Positions 11,207-20,722 of a stretch of DNA of 24,000 nucleotides are shown in pieces; within the stretch, counting starts at the first letter, position 1, and every line of letters begins with the position of its first letter. The notes under the pieces are model-generated. The model had not been told where the DNA came from. It saw only the letters and a program-made list of their open reading frames with translations, and did no database searches. This stretch comes from Thioalbus denitrificans (GTDB lineage: Bacteria > Pseudomonadota > Gammaproteobacteria > DSM-26407). A program made the translations under genes and the position numbers. Location: positions 69,005 through 93,004 of the forward strand of contig NZ_QPJY01000006.1 in assembly GCF_003337735.1 (NCBI RefSeq), written 5' to 3'.

Positions 11207-11269
11207 GGTGATGGGTGATGCGTGAGTGCGTGAGTGCGTGAGTGCGTGAGTTCCCTGTTCCCTGTTCCC
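11207..11269. repeat. Cluster of three abutting microsatellites: GGTGATG x2, GCGTGAGT x4, TTCCCTG x2.7
   Basis: Read directly from the + strand: ggtgatgggtgatG at 11207-11220, then gcgtgagt x4 at 11220-11251, then ttccctgttccctgttccc at 11251-11269. The cluster lies in the murJ-ribF intergenic region, immediately upstream of the -35 of the candidate ribF promoter. Confidence 0.95.
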
Positions 11270-11298
11270 GAAAGCACCTCCAGGCGTGAAGCAGTGCA

Positions 11299-12834
11299 CT
11301 AGGGCGGTGCCCGGAGGTGCCGGGGGCGCAGCCCCGCGGCCCAGGCCGCGCCGAGATAGACAATGACGCCGGCGGCCACCAGCAGCGCCAGCCGGCCCAC
11401 CCGTTGCAGGCCGCCCCAGGCCAGCCAGGTTTCCGCGGGCGGCGTGAACGCGGCGGACACCGCCGCGAGCGCCACGCAGCCGGCTCCCACCCGCGCCAGC
11501 AACAGCGGCCAGCCGGGTTCGGGGCGGTAGACGCCCTGCCGGACCAGGCTCCAGCCCAGCAGAGCGGCGTTGACGAGGGCGGCGATCGAGGTGGCCAGAG
11601 CCAGCCCCACGTGCGCCAGCGGCTGTACCAGCAGCAGGCTCAGGAGGAGATTGACCACCAGCGCCGCCACGGCGCAGCGTACGGGTGCGCGCTGTTCCCG
11701 GCGGGCGTAATGGCCCGGCGCGAGCACCTTCACGGCGACGAAGCCCACCAGTCCCGCGGCATAGGCCATCAGGCTGCCGGCGGCCATGCGCATGTCGTTC
11801 CCGCCGAAGGCCCCGTACTGGAACAGCGTGGTGATCAGCGGCGTGGCCAGCAGAACCAGCCCCAGGGCGGCCGGCGTCCCGATGAAGACCGTCCAGCGCA
11901 GCCCCCAGTCGAGCAGACCGGAAAACCGCCGCCCACCGTCGAGGTGGTCGCGCGCCAGCTGCGGCAGAAGGACCGTGGCCAGTGCCAGCCCGAGCACCCC
12001 GAGCGGGAACTCCATCAGCCGGTCGGAGTAGTAGAGCCAGGAAACGCTGCCGGTGACGAGGAAGGAGGCGATGAAGGTATCCAGGAGCAGGTTCAGCTGG
12101 GTCACGGAAACGCCGATCACCGCCGGCCCCAGGCCGCGGAGGATCCGGCGCACCTCCGGGTCCGCGCGCCGCGGCCGGGGCCGGGGCAACAGCCGCAGCC
12201 GGGCCAGGAACGGCAGCTGGAAGGCCAGCTGCAGCCCCCCGCCGAGGAGCACGCCCCAGGCCAGGGCGGTGACCGGCGCATCCAGGCGGGGCGCGAGCCA
12301 GAACGCCGCGGCGATGATCGAGAGGTTCAGCAAGGCCGGGGTGAAGGCCGGAACCCAGTAGTTGCCGCAGGTGTTCAGCACCCCACCGGCGCAGGCCGTG
12401 AGCGCGATGAACAGCAGGTAGGGAAAGGCGACCCGCAGCATCTCCACCGCCAGGTCCAGCCGCCCCCCCGTGTGGGCGAATCCCGGCGCGAACACCAGGA
12501 TCAGCAGCGGCGCGGCCACCACCGCGAGGGCGGTGATTCCGAACAGCCACAGGGCCAGCGTTCCCGCCACACGCCCGGCCAGGTCCCGGACCGCGGCGTG
12601 GCCGCCATGCTCCCGGGTGGCCGAGAGAACCGGTACGAAGGCGTGGGCAAAGGCGCCCTCGACGAACAGGCGCCGCAACAGGTTGGGAATCTTGAAGGCG
12701 ACGATGAACGCATCGGCGCCCATCCCGGCACCGAACAGCCGGGCGATGACCATGTCGCGGAGGAATCCCAGCACCCGGGACAGCAGGGTGATGCCACCCA
12801 CAGAGGCGGTGGTTCGAATCAGGGCGCGGCTCAC
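11299..12834 (-). CDS. murJ: Lipid II flippase MurJ (MviN)
   Basis: (V)[70 protein letters not shown]... is collinear with E. coli MurJ from residue 1. I chose the GTG start at 12834, which gives 511 aa, the same length as E. coli MurJ. The track ORF start at 13017 adds a non-homologous 61 aa. Confidence 0.9.
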   Translation of the reverse strand: MSRALIRTTASVGGITLLSRVLGFLRDMVIARLFGAGMGADAFIVAFKIPNLLRRLFVEGAFAHAFVPVLSATREHGGHAAVRDLAGRVAGTLALWLFGITALAVVAAPLLILVFAPGFAHTGGRLDLAVEMLRVAFPYLLFIALTACAGGVLNTCGNYWVPAFTPALLNLSIIAAAFWLAPRLDAPVTALAWGVLLGGGLQLAFQLPFLARLRLLPRPRPRRADPEVRRILRGLGPAVIGVSVTQLNLLLDTFIASFLVTGSVSWLYYSDRLMEFPLGVLGLALATVLLPQLARDHLDGGRRFSGLLDWGLRWTVFIGTPAALGLVLLATPLITTLFQYGAFGGNDMRMAAGSLMAYAAGLVGFVAVKVLAPGHYARREQRAPVRCAVAALVVNLLLSLLLVQPLAHVGLALATSIAALVNAALLGWSLVRQGVYRPEPGWPLLLARVGAGCVALAAVSAAFTPPAETWLAWGGLQRVGRLALLVAAGVIVYLGAAWAAGLRPRHLRAPP

Positions 12835-13077
12835 ACCGCTATCGCCAGCTGGTAGGGCGCTCTCAACACACCTGTGTCCTGCCGTGGATAGGTCCGGTCG
12901 GTGCGGCTCCCGCCGCGCCGGAATCAAGGGCCGCGGCAGGGATCGGGGAACGTTCCCGCCGGGATCGCAGGAGCCCAAACGGTCATGCCCCTTCTCCTGC
13001 AGCCCAAAATCTGGCATCTTACAGCCCTCGGCCCGGAGCTGTCAGCAGCCCGGGGTTCGGTATTGGAATTCAGGGCG

Positions 13078-13121
13078 TTGACAAACTGTCGTCCAGACGG
13101 CATAGTAACGCGCCTTATAGT
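13078..13121 (+). promoter_or_regulatory. Candidate rpsT promoter(s): TTGACA-17-CATAGT, with a second -10-like TATAGT downstream
   Basis: A consensus TTGACA lies at 13078-13083, then a 17-nt spacer and CATAGT at 13101-13106. A second TATAGT at 13116-13121 has a poor -35. E. coli rpsT is known to have tandem promoters. Sequence-only prediction. Confidence 0.45.
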
Positions 13122-13148
13122 GAACCCAGACAGTTCAGGAGTAGGACC

Positions 13149-13409
13149 TTGGCCAACTCGCCTCAAGCCAAAAAACGTGCCCGCCAGGCGGACAAGCGCC
13201 GTCTGCTTAATGCCAGCCAGCGCAGCGCCATGCGCACCAGCATCAAGAAGGTGCTGAAGGCCATCTCCGCCGGCGACAAGACCGGAGCCGAGGAGGCCTA
13301 CAAGACGGCAGTGCCCATGCTCGACCGCATGGCCGGCCGCGGCCTGATTCACAAGAACAAGGCCGCCCGCCACAAGAGCCGCCTGACCAAGCACATCAGG
13401 GCCCTCTGA
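13149..13409 (+). CDS. rpsT: 30S ribosomal protein S20
   Basis: (M)[34 protein letters not shown]...[15 protein letters not shown] is an unmistakable S20. It uses a TTG start codon at 13149, 7 nt after AGGAG (13137-13141). E. coli rpsT also uses UUG. Confidence 0.95.
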   Translation: MANSPQAKKRARQADKRRLLNASQRSAMRTSIKKVLKAISAGDKTGAEEAYKTAVPMLDRMAGRGLIHKNKAARHKSRLTKHIRAL

Positions 13410-13430
13410 GTCGGCGCCAGCCGACCGGAG

Positions 13431-13465
13431 CACAAAAAAACCGGCGCTTCGCCGGTTTTTTTGTG
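13431..13465. terminator. Bidirectional rho-independent terminator shared by the convergent genes rpsT and proB
   Basis: cacaaaaaaaccggcg-ctt-cgccggtttttttgtg has perfect 16-nt palindromic arms with a GC core (ccggcg/cgccgg). The A7 and T7 flanks provide a U-tract in both directions. Confidence 0.8.
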
Positions 13466-13498
13466 CCTTTCCGCCTTCGCCACGGGACCATCCCCGGC

Positions 13499-14623
13499 TC
13501 AGCTCATGACCAGGTTGTCCCGGTGGATCAGCTCGGGCTCGTCCACGTAGCCGAGAATGGACTCGATGGCGTCGCTGGGTCTGCCCATGATGCGGCGCGA
13601 CTCCGCGGCACTGTAGTTCACCAGGCCGCGGGCGATCTCGCGCCCGTCCGGGGCGACGCAGGCCACCATTTCGCCGCGGACGAAATCCCCCTCGACCGCC
13701 GTGACGCCGACGGCCAACAGGCTGCGGCCCGAGGTCTGCAGCACCCGCACGGCCCCCTCGTCGAGCACCAGCCGGCCCCGCATGCGCAGATGGCTGGCAA
13801 TCCAGCGCTTGCGCGCGGCCATGGGCTCCTCCGCCGGCAGCAGCAGGGTGCCCACCTCCTCCGCCGCCCCCACCCGCTGCAGCACATCGGGCTCGCGGCC
13901 GCCCACGATGACCGTCGCGGCGCCGGAACGGGCCGCCAGCCGCGCCGCCTTCAGCTTCGTCTGCATTCCGCCCCGGCCCAGCTCCCCGGCACTGCCGCCC
14001 GCCATGGCGTCGAGCGCCGGATCGCCCGCCCGGCCCTGCCGCACCAGGGTCGCGTCGGCGAATCTGCGCGGATCCCGGTCGAACAGGCCCGACTGGTCGG
14101 TCAGGATGACCAGCAGCTCGGCCTCGATCAGGTTGGCCACCAGCGCGGCGAGGGTATCGTTGTCACCGAACCGGATCTCGTCGTTGGCAACCGTGTCGTT
14201 CTCGTTGACGACCGGCACCACGCCCAGGTCGATCAGCGTCCACAGGGTGCTGCGGGCGTTCAAATAGCGCTCGCGATCGGAGAGGTCCTCGCGGGTGAGA
14301 AGCACCTGTGCCGTATGCAGCCCATGGCGCTGGAAGCAGCTCTCGTAGGTCTGCACCAGGCCCATCTGCCCCACCGCCGCCGCCGCCTGCAGCTCGTGCA
14401 GGGCCTTTGGTCGCTGGCGCAGTCCGAGCCGCTGCATGCCGGCGGCCACGGCTCCGGAGGAGACCAGCACCACCTCGATGCCGTCCGCGCGCAGGGCGGC
14501 GATCTGCTCCACCCAGCCGGCGATCGCCTCGCGGTCCAGGCGCCGGCCATTGTCGGTCAGGAGCGCACTGCCGATCTTCACCACCCAGCGGCGCGCGGTC
14601 TTGAGTGCGAAACGGCTTTTCAT
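13499..14623 (-). CDS. proB: Glutamate 5-kinase
   Basis: The 374-aa product includes [14 protein letters not shown]...[11 protein letters not shown]...[22 protein letters not shown], an amino-acid kinase fold, plus a C-terminal PUA domain ([13 protein letters not shown]...GRSLLAVGV). Confidence 0.93.
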   Translation of the reverse strand: MKSRFALKTARRWVVKIGSALLTDNGRRLDREAIAGWVEQIAALRADGIEVVLVSSGAVAAGMQRLGLRQRPKALHELQAAAAVGQMGLVQTYESCFQRHGLHTAQVLLTREDLSDRERYLNARSTLWTLIDLGVVPVVNENDTVANDEIRFGDNDTLAALVANLIEAELLVILTDQSGLFDRDPRRFADATLVRQGRAGDPALDAMAGGSAGELGRGGMQTKLKAARLAARSGAATVIVGGREPDVLQRVGAAEEVGTLLLPAEEPMAARKRWIASHLRMRGRLVLDEGAVRVLQTSGRSLLAVGVTAVEGDFVRGEMVACVAPDGREIARGLVNYSAAESRRIMGRPSDAIESILGYVDEPELIHRDNLVMS

Positions 14624-14627
14624 GAAC

Positions 14628-16173
<1,546 letters not shown>

Positions 16174-16196
16174 GGGGTATTCCTCGCTCTATTCTC

Positions 16197-16511
16197 TTAA
16201 CCGGCGTTGATCCCGGTAATCTCAACCTCGGTGAACCACTGGCGGTGGCCCATCTGCTTCCGATAGTGCTTGCGACGACGGAATTTCACGATGTGCACCT
16301 TGTCCGCACGACCGTGCGCCTTGACCGTGGCGCTCACCTTGCCGCCATCGAGGTAGGGCGCACCGATATTCACTGTCTCGCCGTCGGCCACCATCAGCAC
16401 CTTGTCGAAGTCCAAGCTGGCGCCCGCCTCGGCGTCGAGCTTCTCGACCCGCAGGGTATCGCCTTCGCTCACCCGGTACTGCTTCCCGCCGCTCATGATA
16501 ACCGCGTACAT
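16197..16511 (-). CDS. rplU: 50S ribosomal protein L21
   Basis: [25 protein letters not shown]...[31 protein letters not shown] is canonical L21, located immediately upstream of rpmA. Confidence 0.97.
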   Translation of the reverse strand: MYAVIMSGGKQYRVSEGDTLRVEKLDAEAGASLDFDKVLMVADGETVNIGAPYLDGGKVSATVKAHGRADKVHIVKFRRRKHYRKQMGHRQWFTEVEITGINAG

Positions 16512-16582
16512 AACCTGAAGTTCTCCATCAACGCCCGCACGGATCGGTACGGGACATCAGCAAACCTGCCGGAAAAACGGCA

Positions 16583-16611
16583 ATTCTATGCAAACTCGGC
16601 CCCGCTGGCAA
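16583..16611 (-). promoter_or_regulatory. Candidate sigma70 promoter for rplU-rpmA (TTGCCA-17-TAGAAT)
   Basis: On the - strand the sequence reads gcTTGCCAgcggggccgagtttgcaTAGAATtgcc. The -35 is at 16611-16606 and the -10 at 16588-16583, about 70 nt upstream of the rplU ATG. Both hexamers match the consensus at 5 of 6 positions, with a 17-nt spacer. Confidence 0.5.
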
Positions 16612-16629
16612 GCCTCCGCAGCAAACGCA

Positions 16630-16653
16630 GACGGCGCCCCGGAGGGCGCCGTC
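16630..16653 (-). terminator. GC-rich hairpin downstream of the OmpA-domain gene (probable terminator)
   Basis: A perfect 10-bp stem, gacggcgccc / gggcgccgtc, encloses a 4-nt loop. It lies 24 nt after the stop. On the - strand it is followed by tgcgtttgctg, which is only a weak U-tract. Confidence 0.4.
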
Positions 16654-16676
16654 CACTGCTCGTCTGCCGCGTGTCG

Positions 16677-17273
16677 TTACTTGGTGATGACCTGCACCTC
16701 GACGCGGCGGTTCTGGGCGCGGCCTTCCTTGGTGCGGTTGTCAGCCACCGGCTGGCTTTCGCCCATGCCCTTCACGTTCATCAGGGAGCGGGACACACCC
16801 TTGCCGGCCAGATAGTCGGCCACGGCACCGGCGCGACGCTCGGAGAGCTTCTGGTTGTAGGCCTCGCTGCCGATGCTGTCGGTGTGGCCGGTCACGTTGA
16901 CCTGGCGCACGTACTCGGCGTTGTCGTTGATGGAACGGGCACCGCGATCCAGGGCCTCGATGGCGCCGGGTTTCAGGTCGGCCTTGTCGAAGTCGAAGAA
17001 GGCGTCACCCACGACGATGGTGGGAATCACCGGGGCAGGCTTCGGCTCCGGAGCGGGAGCCGGGGCCTCGGCCATGGGGGCGGGGCCACCGCACTCCACG
17101 GGCAGGCTCTCCACGCCACCGTAGCTGTCCACCCAGCACTCACCATAGGGATTCATCCAGATGGTCTTGCTGCTGTCGAGGACGGGCGCCGCAGCAGCTC
17201 CGCCCACCAGGGCCATCATCGCCAGTCCGGCGGCAGTGGTCACCACCTTGCTCATATTTTTCTTGATCATCAC
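16677..17273 (-). CDS. OmpA-family peptidoglycan-binding protein with a signal peptide
   Basis: The signal peptide is MMIKKNMSKVVTTAAGLAMMALVGGAAAA|P, followed by a short Cys-containing segment and a Pro/Ala linker (APAPAPEPKPAP). Then comes an OmpA C-like domain (FDFDKADLKP...VTGHTDSIGSEAYNQKLSERRAGAVADYL...NRRVEVQV). AGGAGG lies 7 nt before the GTG at 17273, and the ATG at 17270 is an alternative start. Confidence 0.88.
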   Translation of the reverse strand: MMIKKNMSKVVTTAAGLAMMALVGGAAAAPVLDSSKTIWMNPYGECWVDSYGGVESLPVECGGPAPMAEAPAPAPEPKPAPVIPTIVVGDAFFDFDKADLKPGAIEALDRGARSINDNAEYVRQVNVTGHTDSIGSEAYNQKLSERRAGAVADYLAGKGVSRSLMNVKGMGESQPVADNRTKEGRAQNRRVEVQVITK

Positions 17274-17534
17274 TGTATAGCCTCCTTTCTAGGCGGGCAG
17301 CGGTAAAACATGGTTGATGTAGTTTACTTCAGGTCTCAGCACTGTCTCAAACGCCAATGCTTTACGTTATGCATCAGCAACATTACAACAGTTGTGTCAC
17401 CGAGGCATCACCTTTGCGAAAAGGATACACCAATGCAGGAGTGATCTCGGTTAATTTTTGTGTACGTTACCTATAGCGCAGCTTATCGTCGCCGTCCATC
17501 TCCGGCCACCCGGGCGAGGCCCGGACCCGCTCCC

Positions 17535-17561
17535 CCGGTTGTTGGGGAAACCGGTTTTTTT
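17535..17561 (+). terminator. Terminator-like hairpin plus T7 run in the 5' region of the response-regulator gene (possible leader attenuator or sRNA 3' end)
   Basis: The stem ccggtt (17535-17540) / aaccgg (17549-17554) encloses an 8-nt loop and is followed by ttttttt (17555-17561). It lies 52 nt upstream of the predicted TTG start. The stem is short, so this is tentative. Confidence 0.3.
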
Positions 17562-17612
17562 GTGACAAAATCTGATACATTCAAGATAGTAAAGCGAAGG
17601 GAGCACCCGAAC

Positions 17613-18317
17613 TTGAGGATTGCACTGCTTGAGGATGACGAGGATCAGTCGCGGCTGATCGAACTCTGGCTCACCGAGGCAGGCCATACCGTCCACGGCT
17701 GCACCACCGGGGCGGACTTTCAACGCTCTGTCCGCAACAGCAGCTTCGATCTGCTGATCATCGACTGGCTGCTGCCGGACACCAGCGGCATAGAGGTTCT
17801 GGACTGGGTCAGGGAGTACGTGGACCGCCAGGTGCCGGTGCTGTTCGTCACCGTTCGCGACAGTGAAGAGGACATCGTCCGCGCACTCTCCCACGGCGCC
17901 GACGACTACATGATCAAGCCGGTGCGGCGAATGGAACTGCTGGCCCGGATCAGCGCGCTCGGGCGGCGCACCCAGCCCCAGCCCGATTTGCACGACCTGA
18001 CATTCGGGGTCTACCACCTCAATGTCACCGAGCGCACGGTCAACTATCAGGACGCGGAAGTACAGCTGACCCCCAAGGAGTTCGAACTCGCCCTGTTCCT
18101 GTTCCGCAATGCGGGGCGGCTCCTCTCCCGCGGCCACATACTCGAGAGTGTGTGGGGACGGCGTCCGGACCTGAACACCCGAACGGTGGATACCCATATC
18201 AGCCGGCTGCGCCGCAAGCTCAACCTGGAACCGGAAAACGGCTGCCGGCTCACCGCGGTCTATCATCACGGCTACCGCCTGGAGTTCCTCAACGAGAACC
18301 AGGAAGAGACCGCCTAG
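17613..18317 (+). CDS. OmpR/PhoB-family two-component response regulator (receiver plus winged-helix); no adjacent histidine kinase
   Basis: (L)RIALLEDDEDQSRLIELWL...DLLIIDWLLPDTSGIEVL...DDYMIKPV is the receiver domain. LTPKEFELALFLFRNAGRLLSRGHILESVWG...RTVDTHISRLRRKL...GYRL is the trans_reg_C domain. I chose the TTG at 17613, 9 nt after aaGGGAG, because homology begins there. The track ORF start at 17460 adds about 50 non-homologous residues. Confidence 0.85.
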   Translation: MRIALLEDDEDQSRLIELWLTEAGHTVHGCTTGADFQRSVRNSSFDLLIIDWLLPDTSGIEVLDWVREYVDRQVPVLFVTVRDSEEDIVRALSHGADDYMIKPVRRMELLARISALGRRTQPQPDLHDLTFGVYHLNVTERTVNYQDAEVQLTPKEFELALFLFRNAGRLLSRGHILESVWGRRPDLNTRTVDTHISRLRRKLNLEPENGCRLTAVYHHGYRLEFLNENQEETA

Positions 18318-18410
18318 CAGCCTGTCGGACTTGAGCGATCGTAGCGAGCCGAGTGGGAAAGCGAGGACAGATCGGGCCGATTTTGAGGCGCATAGTGGGT
18401 CTATGTAACG

Positions 18411-18433
18411 AAAAATCGGTCCCATATGGACCG
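18411..18433 (-). terminator. Probable intrinsic terminator of tcdA
   Basis: On the - strand, cggtcc-atatg-ggaccg (18433-18417) is followed by attttt (18416-18411). It lies 44 nt downstream of the tcdA stop. The stem is only 6 bp. Confidence 0.45.
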
Positions 18434-18476
18434 CTCTCCCGCCGGCGCCCCATGGACCCGACACGCCGAGGCGCCG

Positions 18477-19205
18477 TCAGCTCAGATCCAGCAGCTTGCG
18501 CACCGCCAGCCCGGCCAGGGTCAGCCCGAAGAGGGCCGGCAGATAGCTGATGGTACCGTTCACCGCCCGGTCACGCCCTTGCCCGGTAGGCTCCGGCGGC
18601 AGGGGCGGCAGGGGGGATTCCACCGAGTACACCGCCCTGACGCCCGGCCCCACCCCGCGTCGACGCAGGCGCTTGCGCAGATGGCGGGCAAGGGGGCAGA
18701 TCTCGGTTTCGTAGAGGTCTCCGACCCGGATGCGGGTCGGGTCGAGTCGCCCGCCGGCGCCCATGCTCGATGCCACCGGGATGCCGCTCTTCCAGGCCAC
18801 CTCCACCAGGGCGGTCTTGCAGTTGAGACTGTCGATGGCATCGATGACGAAATCGAATCCCGGCGCCAGGAGCCCCGGCATGTCATCGGGACGGATGAAA
18901 GCATCCACCAGGGTCAGGTCGCAGGCCGGATTGATGTCCCGTACCCGCGCCCCGAGCACCTCCACTTTCTTCTCCCCCACCGTGGAGCCCAGCGCCGGCA
19001 GCTGCCGGTTCAGGTTGGAGGCGGCCACCCGGTCATGGTCCACCAGCGTCAGGTTTCCCACCCCGGCCCGCGCCAGCGCCTCGACGCAGTAGGAGCCCAC
19101 CCCCCCGAGCCCCGCCAGCAGCACCCGCGCCGAACGCAGCCGCGCCACCCCCTCGTCACCCACCAGGATATGGGTCCGCTCGAACAATCCCTGATAGTCG
19201 GTCAT
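18477..19205 (-). CDS. tcdA: tRNA threonylcarbamoyladenosine dehydratase (ThiF/MoeB-family, TcdA/CsdL type)
   Basis: The 242-aa product includes ARVLLAGLGGVGSYCVEALARAGVGNLTLVDHDRVAASNLNRQ...FDFVIDAIDSLNCKTALV...MGAGGRLDPTRIRVGDL and is collinear with E. coli TcdA (YgdL), including the Rossmann GxGxxG. No SD is visible; the start is preceded by the A-rich flank of element C. Confidence 0.85.
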   Translation of the reverse strand: MTDYQGLFERTHILVGDEGVARLRSARVLLAGLGGVGSYCVEALARAGVGNLTLVDHDRVAASNLNRQLPALGSTVGEKKVEVLGARVRDINPACDLTLVDAFIRPDDMPGLLAPGFDFVIDAIDSLNCKTALVEVAWKSGIPVASSMGAGGRLDPTRIRVGDLYETEICPLARHLRKRLRRRGVGPGVRAVYSVESPLPPLPPEPTGQGRDRAVNGTISYLPALFGLTLAGLAVRKLLDLS

Positions 19206-19214
19206 TTTTTTCTG

Positions 19215-19443
19215 GAATAGACAGGATTTACAGGATGTACAGGATTATTCCGGGAATGCCCCTGTTGCCGGGATGCAAGACATACCCCACCCCGGAGCGC
19301 ATGCAGAACCGCCGTGAGTCCGACCGGGCGCATGCTCACTCGCCGGACTCAAGAGCAGGTCCTTCATCTTCATGGTCCCCATAATCCGAGCGATGCATCC
19401 TATTTACCTTAAATCCTGTCAATCCTGTAAATCCTGTCTATTC
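19215..19443. mobile_element. MITE-like repeat element, copy C (229 bp): same termini as A and B, unrelated core
   Basis: The left end is gaatagacaggatttacaggatgtacaggatt. The reverse complement of the right end is gaatagacaggatttacaggattgacaggatt. By eye, the ~165-bp core shows no alignment to the A/B core. It lies between the tatD-like stop (19450) and the tcdA start (19205). Confidence 0.8.
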
Positions 19444-19449
19444 AATAAA

Positions 19450-20214
19450 TCAGATCCCGAACAGCGCCCGGGCGTTGGCGGTGGTGTAGGCGGCCACCTC
19501 CTCCGGGTCCTCGCCGCGGACTTCCGCCACGACACGCAGGATCTCCGGGAGGTTGAGCGGGGTGTTGCGCTCGCCGTGGTGGCCGGCGGGGGGCATGTCG
19601 GGAGCGTCGGTCTCCAGTACGATGGCCTCCCGGGGCAGCGCCCTGAGCACGTCCCGCAGCTTGCGGGCCCGGGCATGGGTCACGGCCCCGCCGAAGCCGA
19701 GCCGGAGGCCGAGATCCACATAGCGCCGGGCCTGGACCAGGCTGCCGCTGAAGGCGTGGGCCACGCCGCCGGGCGGATGGCCACGCCGGCGCAGGATGCT
19801 GTAGACCGCGTCATGGGCCTTGCGCACGTGCAGAATGACCGGCAGTGCGGCGTCACGGGCGATGTCGAGCTGGGCCTCGAACAGGCGCTTCTGCCCCTCC
19901 GGTTCCGTGGCCCCCGGGTAGTGATCGATCCCGATCTCGCCGATGGCCACCAGGGGCTCCCGCGCCACCCGCTCCGCCAGCGCATCCAGGTGCTCCGGGC
20001 GGTGCTCGCCGATGAACCAGGGATGCAGCCCCAGCGCTGGGTGGAGCCGCCCCGAGGTCTTCGCAACCGCCAGCAGGACGTCCCAGCCCGAGGCCGTCAC
20101 CCCCGGCAGCACCAGGGCCCGGATGCCCCGCTCGGCACAGCCGGCCAGCACCGACTCCCGGTCGGGATCGAACGCCGACGCATCCAGGTGGCAGTGGGTA
20201 TCAATCAGGTCCAT
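19450..20214 (-). CDS. TatD-family metal-dependent hydrolase/DNase
   Basis: The 254-aa product includes MDLIDTHCHLD...IGEIGIDHY...Q..LFEAQLDIARDAALPVILHVRKA...GVAHAFSGS...LETDAPDM, which carries the typical TatD/YjjV His/Asp metal ligands. Confidence 0.88.
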   Translation of the reverse strand: MDLIDTHCHLDASAFDPDRESVLAGCAERGIRALVLPGVTASGWDVLLAVAKTSGRLHPALGLHPWFIGEHRPEHLDALAERVAREPLVAIGEIGIDHYPGATEPEGQKRLFEAQLDIARDAALPVILHVRKAHDAVYSILRRRGHPPGGVAHAFSGSLVQARRYVDLGLRLGFGGAVTHARARKLRDVLRALPREAIVLETDAPDMPPAGHHGERNTPLNLPEILRVVAEVRGEDPEEVAAYTTANARALFGI

Positions 20215-20248
20215 TTGGATGGCGAAGTCACGCCCGCGGCCGGGCCGT

Positions 20249-20722
20249 TCACAGGTAGACCAGGCTCTTGGCCAGCATCAGGGCGTCCTCGCGGCCATCC
20301 CGTGACGGGTAGTAGGCACGGCGGACACTGTACTGATTGAAGCCGAGCTGTTCATACAGCCTGAGCGCGGCGAGGTTGGAGGGGCGGACTTCCAGCAGGG
20401 CGATATCGGCGCCGTGCGCACGGGCCGTGCGCAGCATCTGCTCCAGGAGCATGCGCCCGATGCCCCGCCCCTGCCAGTCGGGGTCCACGCACAGGTTGAG
20501 AATATGGCTCTCGCCGGCGGCCACCGACATGATCCCGTAACCCGTCAGGGCGGAATCCGCCTCGGCCAGCCAGCAGCTGTAGCCGACCTGGAGGCAGTCA
20601 CGGAAGATGCCCTCGGTCCAGGGAAACTCGTAGGAGCGGACCTCCACGCCGATGACCGCCTCGACATCCTCCTGGGTCATCGGCCTGAGGCTCACACCCG
20701 CCGGTCTGGGAACGGCGCTCAT
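20249..20722 (-). CDS. rimI: Ribosomal-protein-alanine N-acetyltransferase
   Basis: It has a GNAT fold. ILNLCVDPDWQGRGIGRMLLEQML...LLEVRPSNLAALRLYEQLGF...RRAYYPSRDGREDALMLAKSL closely parallels E. coli RimI (IAVDPDYQRQGLG...RRNYYPTTDGREDAIIMAL). A strong SD (GGGAGGAGGAGAG) lies directly upstream, and its ATGA overlaps the upstream gene's stop. Confidence 0.88.
   Translation of the reverse strand: MSAVPRPAGVSLRPMTQEDVEAVIGVEVRSYEFPWTEGIFRDCLQVGYSCWLAEADSALTGYGIMSVAAGESHILNLCVDPDWQGRGIGRMLLEQMLRTARAHGADIALLEVRPSNLAALRLYEQLGFNQYSVRRAYYPSRDGREDALMLAKSLVYL

Noticed and set aside
6893-11218. A 1441-aa ORF on the + strand, the longest ORF in the window
   Set aside because: It lies exactly antisense to ileS and ribF, whose products show unmistakable full-length homology. 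Its translation is low-complexity (Ala/Gly/Val/His/Arg/Pro/Leu) with no recognisable motif or RBS. Long stop-free antisense frames are expected when the sense strand has extreme GC3 bias.
10163-12550. A 795-aa - strand ORF suggesting a giant RibF fusion protein
   Set aside because: Only the C-terminal 312 aa are RibF. The upstream ~480 aa are an out-of-frame read-through of murJ (Ala/Gly/Arg/Pro junk). Homology and the intergenic repeats and promoter place the real start at 11101 or 11143.
12811-12820. tRNA T-loop-like GGTTCGAATC motifs, on the + strand at 12811-12820 and on the - strand at 10241-10251
   Set aside because: The flanking bases cannot form a T-stem or the rest of a cloverleaf. 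Both motifs lie inside well-supported coding sequence (the murJ N-terminus; ribF ..RRFESFEAL..). They are chance matches.
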